A DNA stretch of 64,000 bases from Nitrosopumilaceae archaeon (GTDB lineage: Archaea > Thermoproteota > Nitrososphaeria > Nitrososphaerales > Nitrosopumilaceae), in contig CBDCCK010000002.1 in NCBI GenBank assembly GCA_965214835.1, forward strand, positions 2,464,001 to 2,528,000, read 5' to 3'. The first letter of the stretch is position 1. Every line of letters begins with the position of its first letter. The translations under genes and the position numbers were made by a program. This document shows positions 18,178 to 30,178 of this stretch, one piece after another. Under the pieces are notes generated by a model that was not told where the DNA came from, did not search any database, and saw only the letters and a list, made by a program, of their open reading frames with translations.

Positions 18178-21100
18178 ATTTCCGCAACGATAAAGTTGCG
18201 GCCCCATTGAAGCTAATGCTTGTTACTGTGGCGATATTCATTTCCGCAACGATAAAGTTGCGGCCCCATTGAAGCTGCGTCCAGTCTATCACGGATTGGA
18301 AGGCCGCAATCATTTCCGCAACGATAAAGTTGCGGCCCCATTGAAGCGTCCTAGCCGGAAGTACCCAGTGGGCCGCCCAGATATTGCATTTCCGCAACGA
18401 TAAAGTTGCGGCCCCATTGAAGCAACGGTAATGCCGTCGCGGCTGTAAAGTTTCCAGCCTGACATTTCCGCAACGATAAAGTTGCGGCCCCATTGAAGCT
18501 GATCGTCTCGATGTCTTACAATGGTTCTTTTTGTCTATTTCCGCAACGATAAAGTTGCGGCCCCATTGAAGCATTATTCTATCACGGGTTTCCGGCGACA
18601 TGATGCTGAATTTCCGCAACGATAAAGTTGCGGCCCCATTGAAGCCGTAGCCAGGCTGAAAACGTCGAAGATCGGGTTCGTCAATTTCCGCAACGATAAA
18701 GTTGCGGCCCCATTGAAGCGACGGCCTGGCAGTTAACGTCCACATAGCGACTAAATTTCCGCAACGATAAAGTTGCGGCCCCATTGAAGCGCAGGCCCCT
18801 GACAAGAGCTTGGCAGGCCCCTGACAAATTTCCGCAACGATAAAGTTGCGGCCCCATTGAAGCACTGGTCAAGTCGACTTCCCAGTTAAGGGATATTGTA
18901 TTTCCGCAACGATAAAGTTGCGGCCCCATTGAAGCTCTTCAGGGGAGCTGCCTAACAGTTGTCTGTGATATGCCGATTTCCGCAACGATAAAGTTGCGGC
19001 CCCATTGAAGCATTTCCTCGCATTCCTCCCGGAAACCTCACCCCTTGCATTTCCGCAACGATAAAGTTGCGGCCCCATTGAAGCGGACTAGGAGCCGCAG
19101 TAGCACTTAACGCGTTTCTTATTTCCGCAACGATAAAGTTGCGGCCCCATTGAAGCGCCCTAATGTTGCGATTGCGCCAATATCGGGAATAAATTTCCGC
19201 AACGATAAAGTTGCGGCCCCATTGAAGCCGTGCATATGTAGGGCTTATCCCCAATCGCGCAAACTCGATTTCCGCAACGATAAAGTTGCGGCCCCATTGA
19301 AGCTTCCCTTACCTCGCCGACATCTACTCGACCTTCTGCCATTTCCGCAACGATAAAGTTGCGGCCCCATTGAAGCGTCGAAATTTCCCACGCTCTGCGA
19401 TAATCACTATCCGATTTCCGCAACGATAAAGTTGCGGCCCCATTGAAGCGGATTTCGTCTGCGCTATTCTGACGCACCTGGGATAGATTTCCGCAACGAT
19501 AAAGTTGCGGCCCCATTGAAGCAATCCGCAGCTTGGCCGAATCGACCCTGATTGCCGTATTTCCGCAACGATAAAGTTGCGGCCCCATTGAAGCAAGAAT
19601 CCCAGAACCATAACGTCCTCTATGCCCTCGCATTTCCGCAACGATAAAGTTGCGGCCCCATTGAAGCGTTATTTTCTGATGCCGAGTAAGTTGTCTTGCA
19701 CTTTCATTTCCGCAACGATAAAGTTGCGGCCCCATTGAAGCGAGCTGGAATCCCTCAAGATGATCTGGGAGATCCTAATTTCCGCAACGATAAAGTTGCG
19801 GCCCCATTGAAGCCGTTCTGCAGCTGGAGCGGGGATATCCACCTTTTGTATTTCCGCAACGATAAAGTTGCGGCCCCATTGAAGCGAGCACGTGGCCGTC
19901 AATCGGCGAGTACTTTGACTTGACATTTCCGCAACGATAAAGTTGCGGCCCCATTGAAGCCGCGACGACTGCATCTGCACCAGGGCAGAATACGAGATTT
20001 CCGCAACGATAAAGTTGCGGCCCCATTGAAGCTGGCTAATCAAAAATATCTCACGGTGTCTTTCCAGCAATTTCCGCAACGATAAAGTTGCGGCCCCATT
20101 GAAGCCTGATCAGCCAATGCACACTAGGCATTATTGCTCCTCAATTTCCGCAACGATAAAGTTGCGGCCCCATTGAAGCGAGCCAAGGAGCTAACGGTAC
20201 AGGCCCGACTTCTTTGTATTTCCGCAACGATAAAGTTGCGGCCCCATTGAAGCATCATACTGAATATGATAACTGCCAATTTCAAAATAATTTCCGCAAC
20301 GATAAAGTTGCGGCCCCATTGAAGCGCGGCACGTGGCACGCACAGGCCCAAGAGATACTGGGTATTTCCGCAACGATAAAGTTGCGGCCCCATTGAAGCG
20401 GTTCAGTAAGGCGATCTTTGCATATGAGGCAGTATGTATTTCCGCAACGATAAAGTTGCGGCCCCATTGAAGCAATGTTTGCGCCTCTTGATAGTTCTTT
20501 TCTTGACTGATTTCCGCAACGATAAAGTTGCGGCCCCATTGAAGCACATTAAGTCCGAACCAAATCAAGTTCATACCATTCGCATCATTTCCGCAACGAT
20601 AAAGTTGCGGCCCCATTGAAGCCCGTTAATACCCCGTGCGTAAAACGGTATTACTATGGTAATTTCCGCAACGATAAAGTTGCGGCCCCATTGAAGCGCC
20701 CGTGAATGGCTTCAAGCCAAACCAACGGCAATAGATTTCCGCAACGATAAAGTTGCGGCCCCATTGAAGCTTTTATTTAGAATAAAGACATGGCTATTAG
20801 ATTCGGATTTCCGCAACGATAAAGTTGCGGCCCCATTGAAGCAAAAAAGGACAATAAAACGAAGGAAAAAACGCCATGCCTATTTCCGCAACGATAAAGT
20901 TGCGGCCCCATTGAAGCCTCATGGCATGACAGGCATTCGTTCCACAGATTGTAGATTTCCGCAACGATAAAGTTGCGGCCCCATTGAAGCTTGATAGTTA
21001 CCTTGCGCGTTTAGCGCCTCTAATGAGATTTCCGCAACGATAAAGTTGCGGCCCCATTGAAGCTTTCGTGCCTATACTCACGGTACTCACGGTATTTCAA

Positions 21101-24100
21101 TTTCCGCAACGATAAAGTTGCGGCCCCATTGAAGCGCACCTATCGTCATCATCAAGATACGCGATGACCTCCATTTCCGCAACGATAAAGTTGCGGCCCC
21201 ATTGAAGCGATAATTCTGATCTGATAGATGCAATACGTGAGTATATTTCCGCAACGATAAAGTTGCGGCCCCATTGAAGCACCCTTTTTGTCCTTGTATG
21301 CCACAACAACAAGCCCGATTTCCGCAACGATAAAGTTGCGGCCCCATTGAAGCAAACAAGTATGCTTGGCCTGCCGCCGCGCGCCTCTTATTTCCGCAAC
21401 GATAAAGTTGCGGCCCCATTGAAGCGTTACTGTAGATTTACCGGCAATACAGCGATATCCATATTTCCGCAACGATAAAGTTGCGGCCCCATTGAAGCGA
21501 TTAATCTTATGAAATGCTGTGAATGTGATTCACAGAAATTTCCGCAACGATAAAGTTGCGGCCCCATTGAAGCGGGGGGCTATACATGACTGAGAGAGTC
21601 AAGACAAAAGGATTTCCGCAACGATAAAGTTGCGGCCCCATTGAAGCAATATGATTGAAGGATAACGTGCCACCTGCTCCAATATTTCCGCAACGATAAA
21701 GTTGCGGCCCCATTGAAGCTCGTCAAACGCCTGGAAGCCCACTACGCTGTATACACCTATTTCCGCAACGATAAAGTTGCGGCCCCATTGAAGCGCTGGG
21801 GAGATAGGCAGGATAGAGAAACATCTGAAATTTCCGCAACGATAAAGTTGCGGCCCCATTGAAGCGACGGCTTGTATGATCCCAAGGATATAATCGAGCT
21901 GCATTTCCGCAACGATAAAGTTGCGGCCCCATTGAAGCGAACCATCGAACATTAACACCCCCCCTTTTTTTTAAATTTCCGCAACGATAAAGTTGCGGCC
22001 CCATTGAAGCTGCCAACGCGGATATTAACAACGAGGCAATAGTACGATTTCCGCAACGATAAAGTTGCGGCCCCATTGAAGCGTGTATTTCTTCTTTTGT
22101 CGGCATTGTTATGTATTGTATTTCCGCAACGATAAAGTTGCGGCCCCATTGAAGCGTATTTCCTTGACGTATGGTGCATGGATTTTGTTCACATTTCCGC
22201 AACGATAAAGTTGCGGCCCCATTGAAGCCCTTTTCTGCCCTAACGTCATGGTTTGTGATAACCGTCATTTCCGCAACGATAAAGTTGCGGCCCCATTGAA
22301 GCAATGCAAATCGGCCTTTACCGACATTCAGCACTATACTTATTTCCGCAACGATAAAGTTGCGGCCCCATTGAAGCGATTGAAGGTGAATGTGTTTGGT
22401 CGTACTTGTGGTACATTTCCGCAACGATAAAGTTGCGGCCCCATTGAAGCCGCAAAAGCCCAGTCTTTTTGCCAATCTTTTTGGTATTTCCGCAACGATA
22501 AAGTTGCGGCCCCATTGAAGCGTAGGTTATCTCTGCTCCCCGGATGCGGAAGTCTGGCAGATTTCCGCAACGATAAAGTTGCGGCCCCATTGAAGCGCGC
22601 AAAACCTCAATTATGTGCGCCTGCCATTTCTCATTTCCGCAACGATAAAGTTGCGGCCCCATTGAAGCCATTTTTGCAGCTTCTCCCGCTTCGTGCATTT
22701 CGGCATTTCCGCAACGATAAAGTTGCGGCCCCATTGAAGCAGCTTATTCCCCATGAGTAGTATGTGGAGTAGTCGCTATTTCCGCAACGATAAAGTTGCG
22801 GCCCCATTGAAGCTAACTGGTATCGGCAAGCGTGTTAGGCTCTCAACCGTATTTCCGCAACGATAAAGTTGCGGCCCCATTGAAGCGCTGCTAGATGTGT
22901 TTGTGGATGATGCGAGGTTATAGATTTCCGCAACGATAAAGTTGCGGCCCCATTGAAGCTTGTAGGGTCTTCATGGCCTGTTGTCGAAATTCTGAATTTC
23001 CGCAACGATAAAGTTGCGGCCCCATTGAAGCATCACCGTGCGACCCGACGATGAGATTGAAGCCTCCGATTTCCGCAACGATAAAGTTGCGGCCCCATTG
23101 AAGCAAATATGCCGATTACGCCAAAGTCCGCCAGCTGCCGCATTTCCGCAACGATAAAGTTGCGGCCCCATTGAAGCGAAAAGACCTTCGGCGGTCAAGC
23201 CAACACAATCCGAAATTTCCGCAACGATAAAGTTGCGGCCCCATTGAAGCCGGCGGTTGAAAGTCATGGTGAGCCAGCCCGAGGCATTTCCGCAACGATA
23301 AAGTTGCGGCCCCATTGAAGCGTTGAAGACTGCATCCTATCATTCAGTATTCTGACAATTTCCGCAACGATAAAGTTGCGGCCCCATTGAAGCGTTACTA
23401 AAGCTGTCATCCCCAAAGTGGTCTATACTCATTTCCGCAACGATAAAGTTGCGGCCCCATTGAAGCATACCCGTTATGCAGGAGTTCCATGCGTACTTCA
23501 TATTTCCGCAACGATAAAGTTGCGGCCCCATTGAAGCGTGTTTTTCCGTGCTGATACCCGTAATAGATGAGAGATTTCCGCAACGATAAAGTTGCGGCCC
23601 CATTGAAGCCAATGTTGCCGCTCGGCGCTGGAACTGAACTATCATATTTCCGCAACGATAAAGTTGCGGCCCCATTGAAGCAGAGTTTTGTTGTCTCTGG
23701 GCTTGTGGTCTCAGAGTTATTTCCGCAACGATAAAGTTGCGGCCCCATTGAAGCACAAGCAACTAAAATCACGAGCACATGCGGTATATTCATTTCCGCA
23801 ACGATAAAGTTGCGGCCCCATTGAAGCAATAACCCCACCTTTCTAGAATAGCCATGCAAACCGATTTCCGCAACGATAAAGTTGCGGCCCCATTGAAGCA
23901 ACGGCGTTGTTACATCCACTCGAATCATCCACGACTTCATACACGTTTATATTTCCGCAACGATAAAGTTGCGGCCCCATTGAAGCAACGGCGTTGTTAC
24001 TCTGACCAATTTTATCCACTCGAATTTCCGCAACGATAAAGTTGCGGCCCCATTGAAGCCCTTCTTTCGGGCCGATATCTGTGGAATGCTATTGCATTTC

Positions 24101-27100
24101 CGCAACGATAAAGTTGCGGCCCCATTGAAGCTTTAATCTTCATTCCTCTTTCTCCTGCTTTTTTGCCTATTTCCGCAACGATAAAGTTGCGGCCCCATTG
24201 AAGCATGAAAAAAATAATTTCTTAACTGAATAGTATAGGATCATTTCCGCAACGATAAAGTTGCGGCCCCATTGAAGCATTAGGCGTATATGGGGATGGT
24301 GATCTCCATATTTCAATTTCCGCAACGATAAAGTTGCGGCCCCATTGAAGCACGAAATTACGTGACCAAGTTAGGAGCTTGATGCGTCATTTCCGCAACG
24401 ATAAAGTTGCGGCCCCATTGAAGCAGTTTGCAATTGAGCAGACTGGCGGATCAGCTGCAGATTTCCGCAACGATAAAGTTGCGGCCCCATTGAAGCCGAG
24501 TTCCGGACTTACGGCAGATCTACTCATCGACTCGATTTCCGCAACGATAAAGTTGCGGCCCCATTGAAGCCCCCCAGCCGACAACCCGTACGCCTCGCTG
24601 TATCTGATTTCCGCAACGATAAAGTTGCGGCCCCATTGAAGCGATCCCAATCGAGGACGAGCACGGCCAGGACGGAGGCTAATTTCCGCAACGATAAAGT
24701 TGCGGCCCCATTGAAGCATTTTTGCTTGTGCGACTGTTTTCAAAGTTATCACTGATTTCCGCAACGATAAAGTTGCGGCCCCATTGAAGCTTATTGATGA
24801 AGGCGACAAGATGAAGTCAGAAGATCAATTTCCGCAACGATAAAGTTGCGGCCCCATTGAAGCTGCGTGCTCGGTGTCTGGTATGGACGCGCCTCAAGAT
24901 TTCCGCAACGATAAAGTTGCGGCCCCATTGAAGCTTGACAAAGATACTGTCGGTATCCCCGTACAGGACAGATTTCCGCAACGATAAAGTTGCGGCCCCA
25001 TTGAAGCATATCCCCCCTACACGGTTAGCAGTCTGATAACGTACATTTCCGCAACGATAAAGTTGCGGCCCCATTGAAGCTGGGAGGTCGTACGGACCGA
25101 ATGATGACGTCCGCACATTTCCGCAACGATAAAGTTGCGGCCCCATTGAAGCACAATCTGGTTCCAGAGCCCTCTATATCGAACAGACGCATTTCCGCAA
25201 CGATAAAGTTGCGGCCCCATTGAAGCCACCTGATCAGGTTCTAGACCCATGGACCTGACTTCAGATTTCCGCAACGATAAAGTTGCGGCCCCATTGAAGC
25301 TATTTTCCCGGCTCCTGATGTGGTCAATGAGCCTTTGATTTCCGCAACGATAAAGTTGCGGCCCCATTGAAGCTCAAATCCCAATTCATCACCTAATTTA
25401 CTCAACTTACATTTCCGCAACGATAAAGTTGCGGCCCCATTGAAGCATGCATCTTCCCCACGCTCCAAATCGTACAGCTCGGATTTCCGCAACGATAAAG
25501 TTGCGGCCCCATTGAAGCGCGTCAGGATATGCCTTCTGCAACTTCCTTTGCTTGATTTCCGCAACGATAAAGTTGCGGCCCCATTGAAGCTTGAATTCTG
25601 TCTGCATAATGCCTGAACAGGTTCAGATTTCCGCAACGATAAAGTTGCGGCCCCATTGAAGCCCTGGTTTTCATGTAAAAAAATAGGTATTGGGTATTAA
25701 ATTTCCGCAACGATAAAGTTGCGGCCCCATTGAAGCTTGTTGTGGGTGATTTTCCACTGATGCATTTGTACCCATTTCCGCAACGATAAAGTTGCGGCCC
25801 CATTGAAGCGGGTTGGATGCTGGCCGTGATTGGCCGCAGGTTTGGTATTTCCGCAACGATAAAGTTGCGGCCCCATTGAAGCGGGTTTGATGCTGGCCGT
25901 GATTGGCCGCAGGTTTGGTATTTCCGCAACGATAAAGTTGCGGCCCCATTGAAGCGATGCAATACGTTGCCAGTCGTTAATTTCACACCGATATATTTCC
26001 GCAACGATAAAGTTGCGGCCCCATTGAAGCTGGCCTATAACGGTGAAACGCTATTGCCATTTGGCCATTTCCGCAACGATAAAGTTGCGGCCCCATTGAA
26101 GCGGGTATCAGTTATGTCGTATTTGTGCGTCCAGTTGGCCTGATTTCCGCAACGATAAAGTTGCGGCCCCATTGAAGCCAAGCAAAAGGTTGCCAATACT
26201 GTTGAGAAAAAACAAATTTCCGCAACGATAAAGTTGCGGCCCCATTGAAGCATAGATTCGATTTAGAGGGCAAACTGTTTTTCCGAAATTTCCGCAACGA
26301 TAAAGTTGCGGCCCCATTGAAGCAGGTCTGCCGCCGCGTACCGTGGCGGCAATGCAGTAATTTCCGCAACGATAAAGTTGCGGCCCCATTGAAGCTTCGC
26401 AAGGAAGGACTCCTAATCTTCCATTTTTTGGATTTCCGCAACGATAAAGTTGCGGCCCCATTGAAGCGTGGTGGTACCGGTGGCATTGGCATGGTTTGAG
26501 TAGATTTCCGCAACGATAAAGTTGCGGCCCCATTGAAGCACTTCTCCAACCAGCGCTCCGGCGACGACTCGATCCGGATTTCCGCAACGATAAAGTTGCG
26601 GCCCCATTGAAGCGCGGCAGATTTTGGGGCTGCTTATGATTATTCTTGGGATTTCCGCAACGATAAAGTTGCGGCCCCATTGAAGCATTTTTTGTGAATC
26701 GGCGAACCAGGTGCCAGAGCCGTATTTCCGCAACGATAAAGTTGCGGCCCCATTGAAGCGTCTATCATATCCACTTTAATTGTGGATACGTACATCTATT
26801 TCCGCAACGATAAAGTTGCGGCCCCATTGAAGCACTGAGCGATACCGATCCTATGCATACAACACGACAATTTCCGCAACGATAAAGTTGCGGCCCCATT
26901 GAAGCATGGGTATCTATCTGGAATTTCCGGGCGAACACACTCGATTTCCGCAACGATAAAGTTGCGGCCCCATTGAAGCAATAATGCTTCCTCTTCTTCC
27001 TGCGTCGGCGGTGCCATTTCCGCAACGATAAAGTTGCGGCCCCATTGAAGCAGAATGTGTATTCAGCCTATGGATACTATTGTGCGAATTTCCGCAACGA

Positions 27101-28954
27101 TAAAGTTGCGGCCCCATTGAAGCGCTGAGGATGTCAGGGAGGTACTCGAGCACAGGCTAATTTCCGCAACGATAAAGTTGCGGCCCCATTGAAGCTGATA
27201 TAGATCCTCGATTTGGTTGTCGGGCATTTTCTTGATTTCCGCAACGATAAAGTTGCGGCCCCATTGAAGCTAAAGTGAGGTTGAGGTTGTATTCTGCGAC
27301 AAAGGGATTTCCGCAACGATAAAGTTGCGGCCCCATTGAAGCTCGGACACCAAGCTTGCGGTCCGGTTCCAGACCTTCTCGATTTCCGCAACGATAAAGT
27401 TGCGGCCCCATTGAAGCGTGAAATACTACGGCGACACAATGTCCAAGATCAGCAATTTCCGCAACGATAAAGTTGCGGCCCCATTGAAGCATATCCTTAT
27501 CTAGTGTATCTGCTTGATAGTTGATCTATTTCCGCAACGATAAAGTTGCGGCCCCATTGAAGCGAGGCGGGGGCTGTGACAAAAGGCGTATTGGCAGCTA
27601 TTTCCGCAACGATAAAGTTGCGGCCCCATTGAAGCGTCCATTGTGCAGGTGATGAGTAGCCCGCGAATGGATCATTTCCGCAACGATAAAGTTGCGGCCC
27701 CATTGAAGCGCAGGGCAGGGCTAAAACTATCAAAGTTTCCATAACGATTTCCGCAACGATAAAGTTGCGGCCCCATTGAAGCTCTGCTCACTGGTTTTGA
27801 TTGAATCAATTCAATATGAATTTCCGCAACGATAAAGTTGCGGCCCCATTGAAGCCGTCACGACTTTGCGGAAAGTCTGGCCATGTATTCCCCCATTTCC
27901 GCAACGATAAAGTTGCGGCCCCATTGAAGCGTGGTTCCGCGATAGCCGTCGGACTCGCGCCCGGTCCATTTCCGCAACGATAAAGTTGCGGCCCCATTGA
28001 AGCGCTGACCAATTACTTTTTTCCCAGCCACGACTAAAATATTTCCGCAACGATAAAGTTGCGGCCCCATTGAAGCTGATCGTTCCTGTATAAAGGGAGT
28101 TTGGCCACGTTCATTTCCGCAACGATAAAGTTGCGGCCCCATTGAAGCAATTACGCTGGCTTATCCGGTTTAGGTTTTTGACATAATTTCCGCAACGATA
28201 AAGTTGCGGCCCCATTGAAGCTTCGGTATCGATTTGGGTTTCTAGCGATTGATCAGATTTCCGCAACGATAAAGTTGCGGCCCCATTGAAGCCAAAGAAG
28301 TCAATCCCTTCGTTTTGCATCTTGATGATCTATTTCCGCAACGATAAAGTTGCGGCCCCATTGAAGCATTCAGCCTGAGTGTTACTCAGGGATCAGAAAA
28401 ATGTATTTCCGCAACGATAAAGTTGCGGCCCCATTGAAGCTGTGTATCAGAAGATGAAGAAGAAATAATAAGATATATTTCCGCAACGATAAAGTTGCGG
28501 CCCCATTGAAGCATGTATGAGCTGTGGATCGACAAACAGAAAAAAGATCGATTTCCGCAACGATAAAGTTGCGGCCCCATTGAAGCGATTTGGCTGTGGT
28601 TGATATCCTGAAATTTATAGACATTTCCGCAACGATAAAGTTGCGGCCCCATTGAAGCATCTTGGCGCCTGCCTCGCAGAGCAGCTCGATGATGGATTTC
28701 CGCAACGATAAAGTTGCGGCCCCATTGAAGCCCAGCAGATCTGCTGCCAGATTGCGGGCGGCAGCTGGATTTCCGCAACGATAAAGTTGCGGCCCCATTG
28801 AAGCGCGCAAAATGTCTTTATTTAGTCCGGCTCCGGACTTTTGATTTCCGCAACGATAAAGTTGCGGCCCCATTGAAGCTCTGTTTACTGCTGCGTCAAG
28901 TGTCGCGCGTGAAGCTGGATTTCCGCAACGATAAAGTTGCGGCCCCATTGAAGC
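18178..28954 (+). CRISPR. type I-G CRISPR array, ~148 repeats and ~147 complete spacers (manual count), spacers mostly 35-40 nt
   Basis: 36-nt repeat ATTTCCGCAACGATAAAGTTGCGGCCCCATTGAAGC with a CCGCAAC/GTTGCGG stem and ATTGAAGC 3' end. Confidence 0.99.
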
Positions 28955-28970
28955 CAGCGCGTGGCCCTTA

Positions 28971-30076
28971 TAGCAACGGTCACAAGTAATTGAGGGCTTT
29001 GACCGGCGATCTGTAAATGTACTTGTACATGCAAAGGTGGGCAAATGACACCGTCCTATAATATTCGGATATGGTGTGCCGCAGCTCGCTGATCCTTCTG
29101 TACACTATCCCCCTGAAAACAAAATGTTTGCCCAGGTTCCAGCATTCTTCCACGATATTGAGGTACGGCGATCCTTTCGGAATCATTATCAGCCTGACGT
29201 CGGGATGGCCCGCCAGATATTCTGCGACATCAGTAGATCTGTGCACACTCCACCTATCGCAAAAGACTGCAACCTTGCCAAACTTGATGCGCAGCGCCTC
29301 CAGACATTCTATGAACTGCACCGACGTAAACGATCCCGTAAACGTCCTGAATAGCCTTCTGCCGTCTTCTGCGATGCTTCCAAACACGGCCACCTTTGTG
29401 TGGTCCCCCGAATACGATGCCACGCTTCTGGTGCCGACCGGACCCCACACGTATCTGTCGTATGCGCCCTGCACGAAGAACGCCTCATCAGATGACACCA
29501 GCGTAAAACCGTCGTTTTTCAGGCACGGAATCCGCACGTTTTCAAGGTATCGCTGCCACGAGTATACCGAGCTTGGGGTGGCATGGTTGACATGTATGTT
29601 TTGCACCTTGCGGCGCGACAGGCCGTGCTGGCACATCAGTCTTCGGACATGCTCTATGCTGTATTCTATCCCGGTGGCATTCCTTATGTCATCGCGTACC
29701 GTCATGACATCGGTACTTTTGCATGCAGTGGACAGATCCATTATGGCTGCAATACTTTCTCTGTCCACCTTTGGTCTGCATCCGGAACGGGGAAGATCCC
29801 GGAGACCGTCTATGCCGCCCTCCGAAAACCTCGCCAGCCAGTTGCGCACGGAATTCTCACTGCACCGGATCTTTCTTGCAGTCTCGGGTACGCCCATGTC
29901 GTCTTCTAGCACAAACATCAGCGCCATGATCTTCTTGTAGACTTTGACATCCTTTTCTTTGCGCATGGCCTCTGACAGAATGTCTGTTTCTTTTGTCATA
30001 CATACTGCGCCAGTTACGTGATCATTATACCTTTCGAATGACCTTGTTTTGGCTCAAAGACTTATGCTCGTTGCTA
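28971..30076 (-). mobile_element. IS630-family element inserted in the terminal CRISPR spacer
   Basis: TIR TAGCAACG...CGTTGCTA, TA duplication at 28969-70 and 30077-78. Confidence 0.92.
28980..29999 (-). CDS. IS630 transposase, apparently intact
   Basis: N-terminal HTH, DEA / DRWSVH / P.GSPYLNIVEECW triad. Confidence 0.93.
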   Translation of the reverse strand: MTKETDILSEAMRKEKDVKVYKKIMALMFVLEDDMGVPETARKIRCSENSVRNWLARFSEGGIDGLRDLPRSGCRPKVDRESIAAIMDLSTACKSTDVMTVRDDIRNATGIEYSIEHVRRLMCQHGLSRRKVQNIHVNHATPSSVYSWQRYLENVRIPCLKNDGFTLVSSDEAFFVQGAYDRYVWGPVGTRSVASYSGDHTKVAVFGSIAEDGRRLFRTFTGSFTSVQFIECLEALRIKFGKVAVFCDRWSVHRSTDVAEYLAGHPDVRLIMIPKGSPYLNIVEECWNLGKHFVFRGIVYRRISELRHTISEYYRTVSFAHLCMYKYIYRSPVKALNYL

Positions 30077-30178
30077 TAGATCAGGACATCAGGAAGAATT
30101 TACCTAGTAGATGAAGGGGTAAAATCGTACTTTTAGTGCGTTGTAATTGTTTATTAGAGGTTACATGTAAAAAATAGT

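Noticed and set aside
21064-21099. Spacer starting TTTCGTGCCTA, like the MITE-related word at ~4772
   Set aside because: Only 11 nt match; not evidence of self-targeting. No full spacer match within the window was noticed by eye.
28659-28696. Spacer translating to IIELLCEAGAK (ankyrin-like)
   Set aside because: Too short and ambiguous; fits other protein families as well.
18059-29044. Dozens of ORFs with recurring MGPQLYRCGN / LQWGRNFIVAE / FRNDKVAAPLK peptides
   Set aside because: Translations of the CRISPR repeat, not genes.
29071-29940. Long antisense ORFs over transposases, UvrD and ribosomal genes (also 59244..60113, 36798..37493)
   Set aside because: Shadow ORFs opposite well-supported genes.
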